Positions 46,521 through 56,060 of a stretch of DNA of 64,000 nucleotides are shown one piece after another. Position 1 is the stretch's first letter; the number at the start of each line of letters is the position of its first letter. Below the pieces are notes generated by a model. It saw nothing but the letters and a program-made list of their open reading frames with translations. It had not been told where the DNA came from and ran no database searches. The position numbers were made by a program, and so were the translations under genes. This stretch comes from Naegleria gruberi (lineage: Eukaryota), in assembly GCA_000004985.1 (NCBI GenBank), contig GG738850.1; one strand, given 5' to 3'.

Positions 46521-48350
46521 ATGCAATACTATCAATGTACAGTGAACCTACTTGATCTTCCTCAGGAAATTATCTACAAAATATTCGAGTATGTGATCCC
46601 TTCCGAGTTTTATTGTGATGCGAAGGATATTCCTCCATCGGAAGAGGATGATGCAGTACTGAGGTGGTTTGGTAGCAAAATACAAAGGTCACAGTATGGA
46701 TATATTATTCCTTCGAATAGATTAAATTTATTCAATGAATTTGAACGATTACAAAATTATTTATTGATTCATAGGGATTTGTTTTATAGAAATTTGATTG
46801 AATGTCATTGTAACAGAAATTTCATTGGTGTTTGGAAGAAAATTTTGTTAATGCATTATTTGGCTTATAATTCGGAAAGCAGATCATCGCAATTTAGTTG
46901 CACGATGGATATTAAGAATCTATTGAACAGTGCAAAAACTGGAGATCATCAGTCAGTTCATAAGTTAGTTGGAGAAGTACTGAACAGATTTAATGGATCA
47001 AGAACACTTTTACAGACATTTTTCAAAGTTGAATTTTCAGGAGAGGAAACCAAATATCCCTATTATGTTTACCAAAGCTATGAAATAATGTTTGATATCT
47101 TGAAATCTGATGATGATAGTGGAATTAAGAAAGTTGAATATTTGAAAGGCCTGCTAGCAAGATGTCCTTCTTGCACAAAAAATCCAAAATTTTTCTTTGC
47201 CATCATACACCAAGTGTCCTCCTTCTTTGTTTCACAATCAATTTATTCAAATGAGATTAGGAAAATTAAGAAAAAATCTAGTGAACTCAAATCTTTGAAA
47301 GAATTTCTACTTTTACTATTTTCTGATTGTGGTGTAGTTCCTTTTTATGCAGGCAGTATTGAACACTTGAGAATAATTATGGCAACAATCAAGCTAGTTG
47401 GACTAGACGATTTATTTAAGCAATTAATGTACAAATGGGTTTTGAATAACCCATGTAATGCAGGATCTCATAATGCATACTTGATACTATTTGGAAATAA
47501 GAATGGGGCAAAGACCTTAAATGGCTTCGAATATTGTATACTGGAATCATATGTAGTCAAGTGTGAATTCGATGAATTGGCACTTGTAATTTCTAAACTA
47601 GAAAAAGAATCCCCAAAGAATATTATTGGTGGAGTGGAATATATTATTTCCATCTTCTTTAAAAGATATGAATTGTTTCAATCAAACCTTGAGGAAAATT
47701 CTCAAAAATTGATGAATCTGATACGAGCTTGTTGGAACCTATTCGACAGATATTGTGAAGAATCATTTATTCTAATCTTGGAATCACTGGTATCCAATGC
47801 CTGTAGAAAGGCCCTTACCTTTAAAGACGAGAAGCCAATTGTCACATCTATTGAATATTTCTATTTTGAATTATTTTCAAAGAAATTTTTGGGCTCACAT
47901 CTTTCCTCTATGGATAATATTATTGAAAAATCAAAAATTCTAAATCAGGCTATTGAACATCCAGCTATATTCAAGCATTTCATGGAAAATATGGGAAATA
48001 AGAAAGCCTATAAGAATCAACTTAGAAGGGTTTGTAAAGACTCTAGTATACTCAGCTCAATATTGGATTGCACAGCACATTTTATGGGCAATTCAGATAA
48101 TGTAACCTATTCCTATAAGTTAAGAATTGAATCTAATTTATATGATTCATACGATTTGTTCGAGAAGAGAATGAAGCTTGTTAAAGAGTATCTCCAAAAT
48201 GATTCCCTTCTTCAAAAAGCACTCTCTGACAAGTCAACTAAATTCAATAAGGACATTGAGAAAATCCTGCGCTATTGTAATACCTTTGACAGTATTATTC
48301 CATTACACAAAACAATGAACAGGATTGGAGATTACTTAAAAACTTTGTAA
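46521..48350 (+). CDS. F-box-like domain protein of unknown function
   Basis: A 609-aa ORF. The N-terminal 'LLDLPQEIIYKIFEYVIP' is F-box-like. The rest is alpha-helical with no recognised domain. Confidence 0.5.
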   Translation: MQYYQCTVNLLDLPQEIIYKIFEYVIPSEFYCDAKDIPPSEEDDAVLRWFGSKIQRSQYGYIIPSNRLNLFNEFERLQNYLLIHRDLFYRNLIECHCNRNFIGVWKKILLMHYLAYNSESRSSQFSCTMDIKNLLNSAKTGDHQSVHKLVGEVLNRFNGSRTLLQTFFKVEFSGEETKYPYYVYQSYEIMFDILKSDDDSGIKKVEYLKGLLARCPSCTKNPKFFFAIIHQVSSFFVSQSIYSNEIRKIKKKSSELKSLKEFLLLLFSDCGVVPFYAGSIEHLRIIMATIKLVGLDDLFKQLMYKWVLNNPCNAGSHNAYLILFGNKNGAKTLNGFEYCILESYVVKCEFDELALVISKLEKESPKNIIGGVEYIISIFFKRYELFQSNLEENSQKLMNLIRACWNLFDRYCEESFILILESLVSNACRKALTFKDEKPIVTSIEYFYFELFSKKFLGSHLSSMDNIIEKSKILNQAIEHPAIFKHFMENMGNKKAYKNQLRRVCKDSSILSSILDCTAHFMGNSDNVTYSYKLRIESNLYDSYDLFEKRMKLVKEYLQNDSLLQKALSDKSTKFNKDIEKILRYCNTFDSIIPLHKTMNRIGDYLKTL

Positions 48351-48532
48351 GCTCCAAGCAAGATCATTCAATCAACAACGATTTCAACCTTGTAGGTACG
48401 AGTGAAGACTTTCTCTAGGAATTGGTGGCAGGAAACGTAATAAACATTACAAAAAAAACGCCACAAACACGTGTTAACTAACATACTGCATACAGATCAT
48501 TTAAACTATTTAATATCTCAACCACACAACAA

Positions 48533-49042
48533 ATGAACAATTCCGAAGCTCATCAAACATTTGAATCGTCACCTATTTCTGCAGAAATGACCAAACATAC
48601 CTCGGAAACTCCACTCTATGATATGTTTGCCAAAAACATTGAACAATTTATTGATGCTGTTCAGAAAAACCAATACAACAGACCAGCTAATTTGTCCAAT
48701 TTGGCAAACATGTTTTCATTGCAAATGTTCTTAATTTTTGTAGTGTTAATGTTTTCGATATTTTACTCCCATCCTCCTCCTGCATGGCTTGTCTTGTTGT
48801 CGATTGCTGGTCTTGGATGTGGTTTTTATTCGATGGCAACAAGGGATCCACTTGGCATGTTCATTTACAGCCTATTTAATTTTATTGGATTCGTTTATTG
48901 TTTTATTTATTTAGGTTATGACAGCTCCATTGCAATGTCCTTCATCTTGTTATTATTGAATCAGGTTAAATCTGTTGGATATGTCATTGAATTTGGAAAG
49001 GCAAAACTAGAGAAAAGACAAGTATTCGAAGCCAACATTTAA
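48533..49042 (+). CDS. small membrane protein, hypothetical
   Basis: A 169-aa ORF with three predicted TM helices in its C-terminal half. No homology recognised. Confidence 0.35.
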   Translation: MNNSEAHQTFESSPISAEMTKHTSETPLYDMFAKNIEQFIDAVQKNQYNRPANLSNLANMFSLQMFLIFVVLMFSIFYSHPPPAWLVLLSIAGLGCGFYSMATRDPLGMFIYSLFNFIGFVYCFIYLGYDSSIAMSFILLLLNQVKSVGYVIEFGKAKLEKRQVFEANI

Positions 49043-49114
49043 ACATTACAGTAAAATAAAACAAATATTAGTTGTTTAATAGGTTTTAGAGGGCTAATTT
49101 TTGATAAAACAACA

Positions 49115-49203
49115 GGGTGGTTAGCTCAGCGGTAGAGCACCGGATTGCAAAGATATTTGCAGCAGACATCCGATGGTCACGTGTTCGATCCACGTACCAC
49201 CCT
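49115..49203 (+). tRNA. tRNA-Cys (anticodon GCA) with 17-nt intron
   Basis: Acceptor gggtggt/accaccc, D-arm gctc-agcggta-gagc, anticodon stem ccgga/tccga, loop ttGCAa|[agatatttgcagcagac]|a, T-arm acgtg-ttcgatc-cacgt, discriminator t. The exon sequence resembles yeast tRNA-Cys. The intron (49151-49167) sits at the canonical 37/38 position and can pair with the anticodon (ttgcaa/tttgcag). Confidence 0.7.
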
Positions 49204-49262
49204 ACCTTTTATCTCTTACAACAATTTGATACTTCATCAACTCTCTTTCAAAAACAAAAAAA

Positions 49263-52200
49263 ATGAGAAGTAGAGAGTTGAGTAGAGAAGAATGTTTTTC
49301 CATCCTCCAATTTGAACCTTCCTTGTTTTCTCTAATGACCGGAAGGCTGATCTGTAAAAATTTCTATGAGGCTTGTGTATTGTTGCAGCTCAGAATTAAA
49401 TTTAAAACTCGGAAGGAAATTTTAGCCTTTGCCAAGTTGTTGGATCGAAGAATATTGAAAAAAGTGGTAGAAATCAGTGCCAAGAATTGTGATCTTGAAG
49501 ATGATGATATGCAAATCATCGGATCAATGTTTGATAATTTACAAATTTTAAATTTAGAGAATAATTTATTGACTTTGAATGGATTGCACTGTTTGGAGGG
49601 CAGTGGAATTGTTAATTCTCTTAGGGTAATCAATATTAGAGGAAATCAAGGAAGTTTAGATATTGATGTATTTAAAAATTTGAAAATTCTTGAATGTGAA
49701 AAAGTAGATAAACCAAAAAAGATTCATCAGTTGGAAGCTTTAACTACCAGTAGCATTTCAAATCAAATTGTTGAAAGTTTACCCCATTTAAAACATATTA
49801 CAATAACTAGAGGTAAAATTGGTGCTTGGGACTCTCTATCTAAACTTTCTAATTTGGAAACTCTTTCATTGCAATGCGCTATTGGGAATAATGTTTCTAT
49901 TTTCAAAAATTTGAAAAAGTTGTTAATTCAACATGTCTCTCTCACCATTGAGACTGTTGAAACTATTGCTAAGAATCTAGATCACGTAGAATCTTTAAAA
50001 TTATTGTATATTGCAATACAAGGAGATGATATTATTACAACATTATGTAATTTGAAAGTAACTGAGAGAGTTAAAACACTCCATTTGGTTGCTAATAATA
50101 TTTCTGATGTTGGTGTTGATTTTCTAATTTCAAATTCAAACCTTGAAAAATTAACATCACTAGATCTCTCTTTTAATAAGATAACTGAAAATGGTATCAG
50201 ATCTATAACTTGTACTTCAAAACTTACAAATTTAAGAAAGCTGTCACTTAAAAGGTCGAAGGGAAGTTTATACTTGGGTCACTTTATGAACAGTCATTTA
50301 AAAAATTTGACTTCATTGAATATTAAATCAGAAGATCATGCTTTCGAAGGTATAGATGACTTTTTACTTTCCCCATTTGCAAAGAAACTTCAAAAGTGTA
50401 GAATTTTCAGCAAAGATATTCCAAAATGGAGATTCTCAAGAAAAATCAACATTCTAAAAGAGAATGAGGCCAGTGTTGACACTCTCCTACAATTTATGCT
50501 AGACAGGCCATCAATAGAAAATTCAATTGGTATTAATCATGAACTTCCTGATACTATTAGAAATGTGAATGATCATTTTAGAGTTCTACTGAATTATATT
50601 GATAATTTATTACCTAGCCATTTAGGATTCCATCCTTCTGGGCGTATTATGATAGTGATTGAAGCCGAAATATGTTATGGCACTACTATTATTGAAAAAT
50701 GTTCTGAAACATTCTCATGTGATTATTCCATGTCGATCAATTGCAATCATTACTTCAACTTTGCCAAACGTTTGGTAGAATTACCATTAGAGAGTGTCTT
50801 GAAAATCAAAATTTTCGTCTTGAAACTCTCATCAATGGGAAAGAAACAAGTAGCACATTCTATAACGCCAATATTCAATAGGAATGGAAAACATATTAAT
50901 GGCATCATTCAAAATGCTATGCATAGCAGTTTTACACCAAAGGAATTTAAGATGATGACAACCTTTGATAAGTATGATGATTGTGTTGGTCCTTTTGAGG
51001 GAGATTTAGCTGAATTACATGAACTCTCAAACAGTAAAGAACTACCAAGCAATTTTGAAGAATTATTAACAAAGAAAGTGCTGACTGATGAAGAAAAAAA
51101 CATGATTTGGAGTTTAAGAAAAATTATCCCAAAAACTCATCTAGGTTTGAGAGTTTTGATGGAAAGCTTTCCCTTTATGAATCAGCATGCCCTCGAATAT
51201 ATGAGAAACCAAATCAGAGAACTTGTCAATACCTTCTCAAATCCATGCCAATATTTGGAATTATTAGGAGAACCATTTATTGATACTGAAATCAGAGATT
51301 TAGCATATAAGGCCATTAATCAAATGACAGATAGCCAATTATTCAATTCTATGAACATTATTATAGAATTATTGGCTTGTGAAATGGAATTAGACAATCC
51401 ACTCTCACAAATTCTCTTGAATCGAGGATTAAATAATGTGGATATAGGAAGACATTTATTCTGGTGCATTCAGGGCAACCTGCACAATTCCAGCATTAGA
51501 GGCAAACTAGCTTGGTTAGCAGTACAATTTTTGAACAATATTACCCATGAAAGACTGTTGGAATTTTACAATCAGTGTCTCTATATTTATCAAATAGAAG
51601 AAATCGATTTGAATATCAAAGAAACACCAAGAATTAACTTGTCGACACATACAGAATTATTGGTCCAAAGAGTATCCGAGTTGGCATTCCCTACACCATT
51701 CATTCTCCCTTACCCACCTTACAGCTCAGTTCAACGTATCATTGCTGAAAAGACAAGCCTTACTGACTCAAGAAATAGAGCAGTGATAATCACATACGAA
51801 TCGAATGGGAAAACTGGTCAACTTCTAATGATCAGCCGTGAAAATAAGGTTGATAGTTACATGTCCTCAACACTAAGAATTCTTTCAGATATGTGGAATA
51901 GCACCTACCCAAATGAAGAGAGAACTTTTGTGCAAGGTTCGGTTATCCCTATTGATAATGATATTTGCATTTATGAAAAGGCCTCCCAATCCCTTTATGA
52001 AATTCAGGGCAGTAATTTGTCAAGAATTTCTGATCCAAGCTCCTGGATAGAAATTGGAAACAATCAATTTCCAAATTTTGAAAGAAATCTTTTACGATCA
52101 TATGCGTTTCACGCTATTTTTGCAATGACTTTAAAGATTAGAGATTTGCACAATGACAATATTGGAATCAATGAAGAAGGATTTCTCAGCTTATATGATA

Positions 52201-52550
52201 AGAATTCTATCCTAGCACCTCCCAAGTTTGGTTTCCTTTCAAGAAGAAAAGGATTCTTTGGTGGTATGGGATTACTCAAACTTTTGAAATCCGATGAATT
52301 CAGAGACCATGCTGTAAAAAATTTATTCCTGCTTTCTCAAAATTCTCGATTACTTTATGCACTAATGTGCGAAATGGTTCGGTTAGATTTGAGAAATGAC
52401 ATTACGTATCAAATAATAGTCAACCAATTCAAGGAAATGTTAGATGATAACGATACTTTTAAAAAGTGTCAGCATGCAGTTGATAAGTTTATTAAGGAAG
52501 GAACAAATCTACTTAACACCGATTTTATTCACATGCTAAGACATGATTGA
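49263..52550 (+). CDS. leucine-rich-repeat protein with C-terminal PI3K/PI4K-like catalytic domain (catalytic motifs degenerate - probable pseudokinase)
   Basis: A 1095-aa ORF. The N-terminal half is RNI-type LRRs ('[16 protein letters not shown]', '[16 protein letters not shown]'). The C-terminal '[35 protein letters not shown]...[14 protein letters not shown]' aligns to PI3K '[21 protein letters not shown]...HIDFG...LFALMRAAGL'. DRH is replaced by DLH and DFG by YDK. Confidence 0.55.
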   Translation: [1095 protein letters not shown]

Positions 52551-52668
52551 GTAAACATAAACATATCACTCACATTTTGATGGAATAATATTGGATAAAT
52601 TACACAAGGCAATTACAATTTATAAATATTCATAGATAGCTCATTAACTTAATTTTGATATCTTGGAT

Positions 52669-52787
52669 GGCTACGGCCATATCACGATGAATGCACCTCA
52701 TCCCGTCCGATTTGAGAAGTTAAGCATCGTAGAGCCACATCAGTACTGAGGTTGGAGACAACTTGGGAACCTGTGGTGCTGTAGTCT
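52669..52787 (+). rRNA. 5S ribosomal RNA
   Basis: ggctacggccatatcacgatgaatgcacctcatcccgtccgatttgagaagttaagcatcgtagagccacatcagtactgaggttggagacaacttgggaacctgtggtgctgtagtc, 119 nt, followed by a TTTT Pol III terminator. It is identical to the minus-strand copy at 1668-1785 except for one substitution. Confidence 0.85.
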
Positions 52788-53134
52788 TTTGTACATTTTG
52801 AGCCACAGAAGTGTAGTATTGGCATAAACACTCAATAATTAAAAGCGATTTCAGAAACATTACAAATATTGATCTTCCATAGGACGTAGACGAACTTGAA
52901 GAACAAATCAAGTTTCGGAAATGAAGATTTTGGATGATTACAGTTCGTTGTGTTTGTTCTGAAACTCCATTAAAAACAAGCCCATTTTGATAGTACCTTG
53001 TAATTGAACTCTTAAATTGGAATGTGTTTCATCCACTTTCATTCCTCTTTTATGAAATATCCAAATGAATGGAATTTGAGATTCCTTTAAATTGCATTCA
53101 ATTTCTGAATAATAAATTTCATAAACAAAGCAAA

Positions 53135-53572
53135 ATGAAAAGATTTATTTCAAATCTCTTGATTGCATTAACTTTGGCAATTTTGGCTCTCACATTGACT
53201 GCTGACAATGTCAATGCAGAACAACAAACAATGTCCTTGTACATTAAAAAGCACCACAAGAAAAATCAAAGAAAACTCAGAAAGGTATTGAAAAAGAACC
53301 ACAAGAGAAGAAACAATAGAAAGGTTCACAAGTATTTGGATTCCTACAAGCATAATAGAAAGGGAGCAGTTGCTCATGTGTTGGGTAATAATGGAAAGAA
53401 GAAAATTATCAGAAAGAAGATTGACATTTATGGAAAAAAGAAGAGAAGAAATAATAAGAGAAAAATCGACACCTACAAAAAGAAGAAGAACAATAGAAAG
53501 AATAGAAAGATGAGAAAGAACAAGAAAAGTGGAAAGAGAAACAAGAAAGTTGATCTCTACAAACGTAAATAG
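53135..53572 (+). CDS. small secreted lysine/arginine-rich repeat protein
   Basis: The upstream ATG at about 53069 is unlikely, and the signal peptide 'MKRFISNLLIALTLAILALTLTADNVNA' begins at 53135. The mature protein is about 117 aa and roughly 50% K+R, with degenerate repeats 'KKIDIYGKKKRRNNKRKIDTYKKKKNNRK...KKVDLYKRK' and no Cys. Confidence 0.45.
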   Translation: MKRFISNLLIALTLAILALTLTADNVNAEQQTMSLYIKKHHKKNQRKLRKVLKKNHKRRNNRKVHKYLDSYKHNRKGAVAHVLGNNGKKKIIRKKIDIYGKKKRRNNKRKIDTYKKKKNNRKNRKMRKNKKSGKRNKKVDLYKRK

Positions 53573-53718
53573 ATTTCTTTATATAGAAAAAGAATATTGT
53601 AAAGTTTGAAACAACAATTTTGTCAGATACGATATTTATCAATAAACTTGTGTGAGGAACAATTTGTGAAAAACGTAGTCTTAATAATTTCAATAATCGA
53701 ATACAAAATAAAAGGAAA

Positions 53719-53801
53719 TGCCAGCGGTGGGGTTCGAACCCACGAACCCATTCGGGATAAGATCTTAAGTCTTACGCATTTGACCACTCTGCTACGCGGG
53801 C
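53719..53801 (-). tRNA. tRNA-Leu (anticodon TAA), class II with long variable arm
   Basis: The reverse complement gcccgcgtagcagagtggtcaaatgcgtaagacttaagatcttatcccgaatgggttcgtgggttcgaaccccaccgctggca has anticodon stem taaga/tctta with loop cTTAAga, a variable arm ccc-gaat-ggg, T-arm gtggg-ttcgaac-cccac, and one C.U mismatch in the acceptor stem (4:69). Confidence 0.7.
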
Positions 53802-53930
53802 TGGTGATCATTTTGAAAAATTTCTTATCTGGTGACTAAGGGAGGATGAATGACTTACTCTAATTGCAAAGTAATTGATTATTCAAAAGTAATTGATTAT
53901 TCAGCCATCTTTTGAAAATAAACACATTGT

Positions 53931-55160
53931 TTACTCGTCATTACATTCAATTATTATATCAGAATTATTCCTTGATTGGTATTGAGAAAAGATTTTGGCT
54001 TTGAACTGTTTTTCTCCCTTGCTTTCATTAAATTCTGGATCCAAACAGTAAAATGTAAAATGTCCTCCAGCAATAGGTTTGTTCACTTTGATCACTCCAT
54101 TATCTAGTACATGCTCTGTTTTGAATTTTTCATAAGTGGATCTGCTTTGAGTATCCCCAAGTCCTTTAAACAACTAATATACTTTCAATTCCCATGTAAA
54201 TTACTTACCTAATCCACCATAATTATTAAATCCACAACAGAAAATAGTCCCATCAGATAAAACTACAAATGATTGCTGATATCCAACTGTTAAATAATTA
54301 ATTTGAACATTATTCGGCACTGAAAATGTTGCCTTCACCCATTCAGTCTTATCTCCAACTGAACCATCACCTAGCTCTCCAACTGCATTCCATCTAGATG
54401 GAATTAAGATGAGTGTCAAATATATTTTAGGATCATTGAAAACTTACCCTACTCCAAATATTTCATTTTCTACAGTAACGGCAATGGTGTGAAAATAACC
54501 ACACTCTGCAAACTTTATAGGACTCTTGACAATGGTCTTATCTATCATGATAAATTCAGTTGGCGTAATCATCGGTGCTATGCCTAATTGACCGTAAGTA
54601 TTTGATCCTGTTGTATATAAATTTCCACTTTCCGATAATATTAAGGAATGAGAACTATTTCTATGGTTATAGAAACTGAAAATAAATAATTACCTTCCAA
54701 AACTGGCATGAGAAAATTTTGAATCCTTTGCTGTTGATACTTTTTTGAAAGCTTTTCCATAATTTTCACAAATATACAATTCAGAATTATGTGTGATAAG
54801 AGCAGTACCATCAAACTTGGAAATTAATTTTTTTACATGTTTAGGATTAATTTCTAACTCAAGTTTTTTGTATTCTCTGAATATTGACTTGTCAGTCATG
54901 ATTATGAACGAATGACCAGCAGCAATTTTTAGAACATTTCGATCATCAAGAGGTAGATTTTTAACAAGATCAGTATTCTCTACATCTTGCAACATGATCA
55001 ATTTGTTTTCCGAAGTGAATAAAAAAACCTTTGATGATCCAACAGCTACTTGTTTAATGAACAAAGTTCTGGAAAGAGTTAATTTGTTTAACAGTGACGA
55101 ATTGTTATATGTACTCGATGAAATAATATCTCCTGACAGGAAACAATTGTTGGTATTCAT
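53931..55160 (-). CDS. RCC1-repeat (regulator of chromosome condensation-like) protein, 4 exons
   Basis: Exons are 54694-55160, 54448-54654, 54209-54393 and 53931-54163, with introns of 39, 54 and 45 nt (gtaatt...aaatag, gtaagt...catctag, gtaagt...gtttaaag). Splicing restores RCC1 signatures across the junctions: 'ASFGSSHSLILSESGNLYTTGSNTYGQLG', 'EIFGVGWNAVGELGDGS' and 'CCGFNNYGGLGLGDT'. Confidence 0.75.
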
Positions 55161-55296
55161 TTTTTTATCTTTGATATCGTATTGGAGGTGATATTATTAT
55201 CAAATATAATGTATTGATGATTATTAAATACAAGTATTATCAAGTAATTACATTTTGATTTATAGAATTTTTTGTTTTAAATTATTTATTGGTAAT

Positions 55297-55719
55297 TTAG
55301 ACAACGCATGAAGCAGATGAAGCAATACGTGGCCACATATCAGCACATTCCTTAGCAACTGGACCGGCAACAGCAGAACCCTTCATTTCACCCTTGTTGT
55401 TGACAATGACACCAGCATTATCTTCGAAGTAGATGAAAGTACCATCACGTCTTCTCCATGGCTTTCTTTGTCTAATAACGACAGCAGGCATGACCTTCTT
55501 TCTGAGTTCTGGCTTACCCTTCTTAACGGTAGCCATGACCATGTCACCGACACCAGCAGCTGGCAATCTGTTCAATCTACCTTGAGTTTGATTGACAGCA
55601 ATAACGTAAAGGTTCTTAGCACCACTGTTGTCAGCGCAGTTCATGACAGCAGCAGTTGGCAAAGCAGTAGAAATTCTGAACTTGTTACCAAGACCACCGG
55701 TAGCTCTCTTTGATGCCAT
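55297..55719 (-). CDS. RPL23: 60S ribosomal protein L23 (uL14), single exon
   Basis: The 140-aa product '[42 protein letters not shown]...' is near-identical along its length to eukaryotic RPL23. It uses strongly biased yeast-like optimal codons. Confidence 0.9.
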   Translation of the reverse strand: MASKRATGGLGNKFRISTALPTAAVMNCADNSGAKNLYVIAVNQTQGRLNRLPAAGVGDMVMATVKKGKPELRKKVMPAVVIRQRKPWRRRDGTFIYFEDNAGVIVNNKGEMKGSAVAGPVAKECADMWPRIASSASCVV

Positions 55720-56060
55720 CTATTATTCAATGATGAAGAGTGGAAGACTTGCGTAAGAATAAAATGAGGATGAATGCAAACTTACATTTTGATATTTTTT
55801 TTCAACAAAACTTTAAATTTTTCGTGGTTTACTAGAAGAGTCAGAAGTTTACAACCAAATTTTTACCAAGCAAAAATAAATATTTTGCTGCTCAAACTTT
55901 TGCAACCAACAACTTGATATTGAAATTCAACACATTTGCAAAGATGTTTTATCTGAGTATCATTATATAACGTTGTTCTTCTTGTAGTCAACAACACGCA
56001 GATAACACGGAGAAGATTACTCTGCAAGTACTTCATCATCACCACACAACAATAAGAAAA

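Noticed and set aside
54655-54693. An 18-nt (gtaattatttattttcag) or 33-nt GT...AG mini-intron containing an in-frame TAA in the RCC1 gene, which could suggest ciliate-like tiny introns or stop-codon reassignment
   Set aside because: A 39-nt intron (gtaatt...aaatag) also keeps frame. It restores a far better RCC1 repeat ('ASFGSSHSLILSESG') and matches the 39-54-nt size range of the other confirmed introns. Stops are used normally throughout (canonical TAA/TAG/TGA ends on conserved proteins), so there is no evidence for an altered code.
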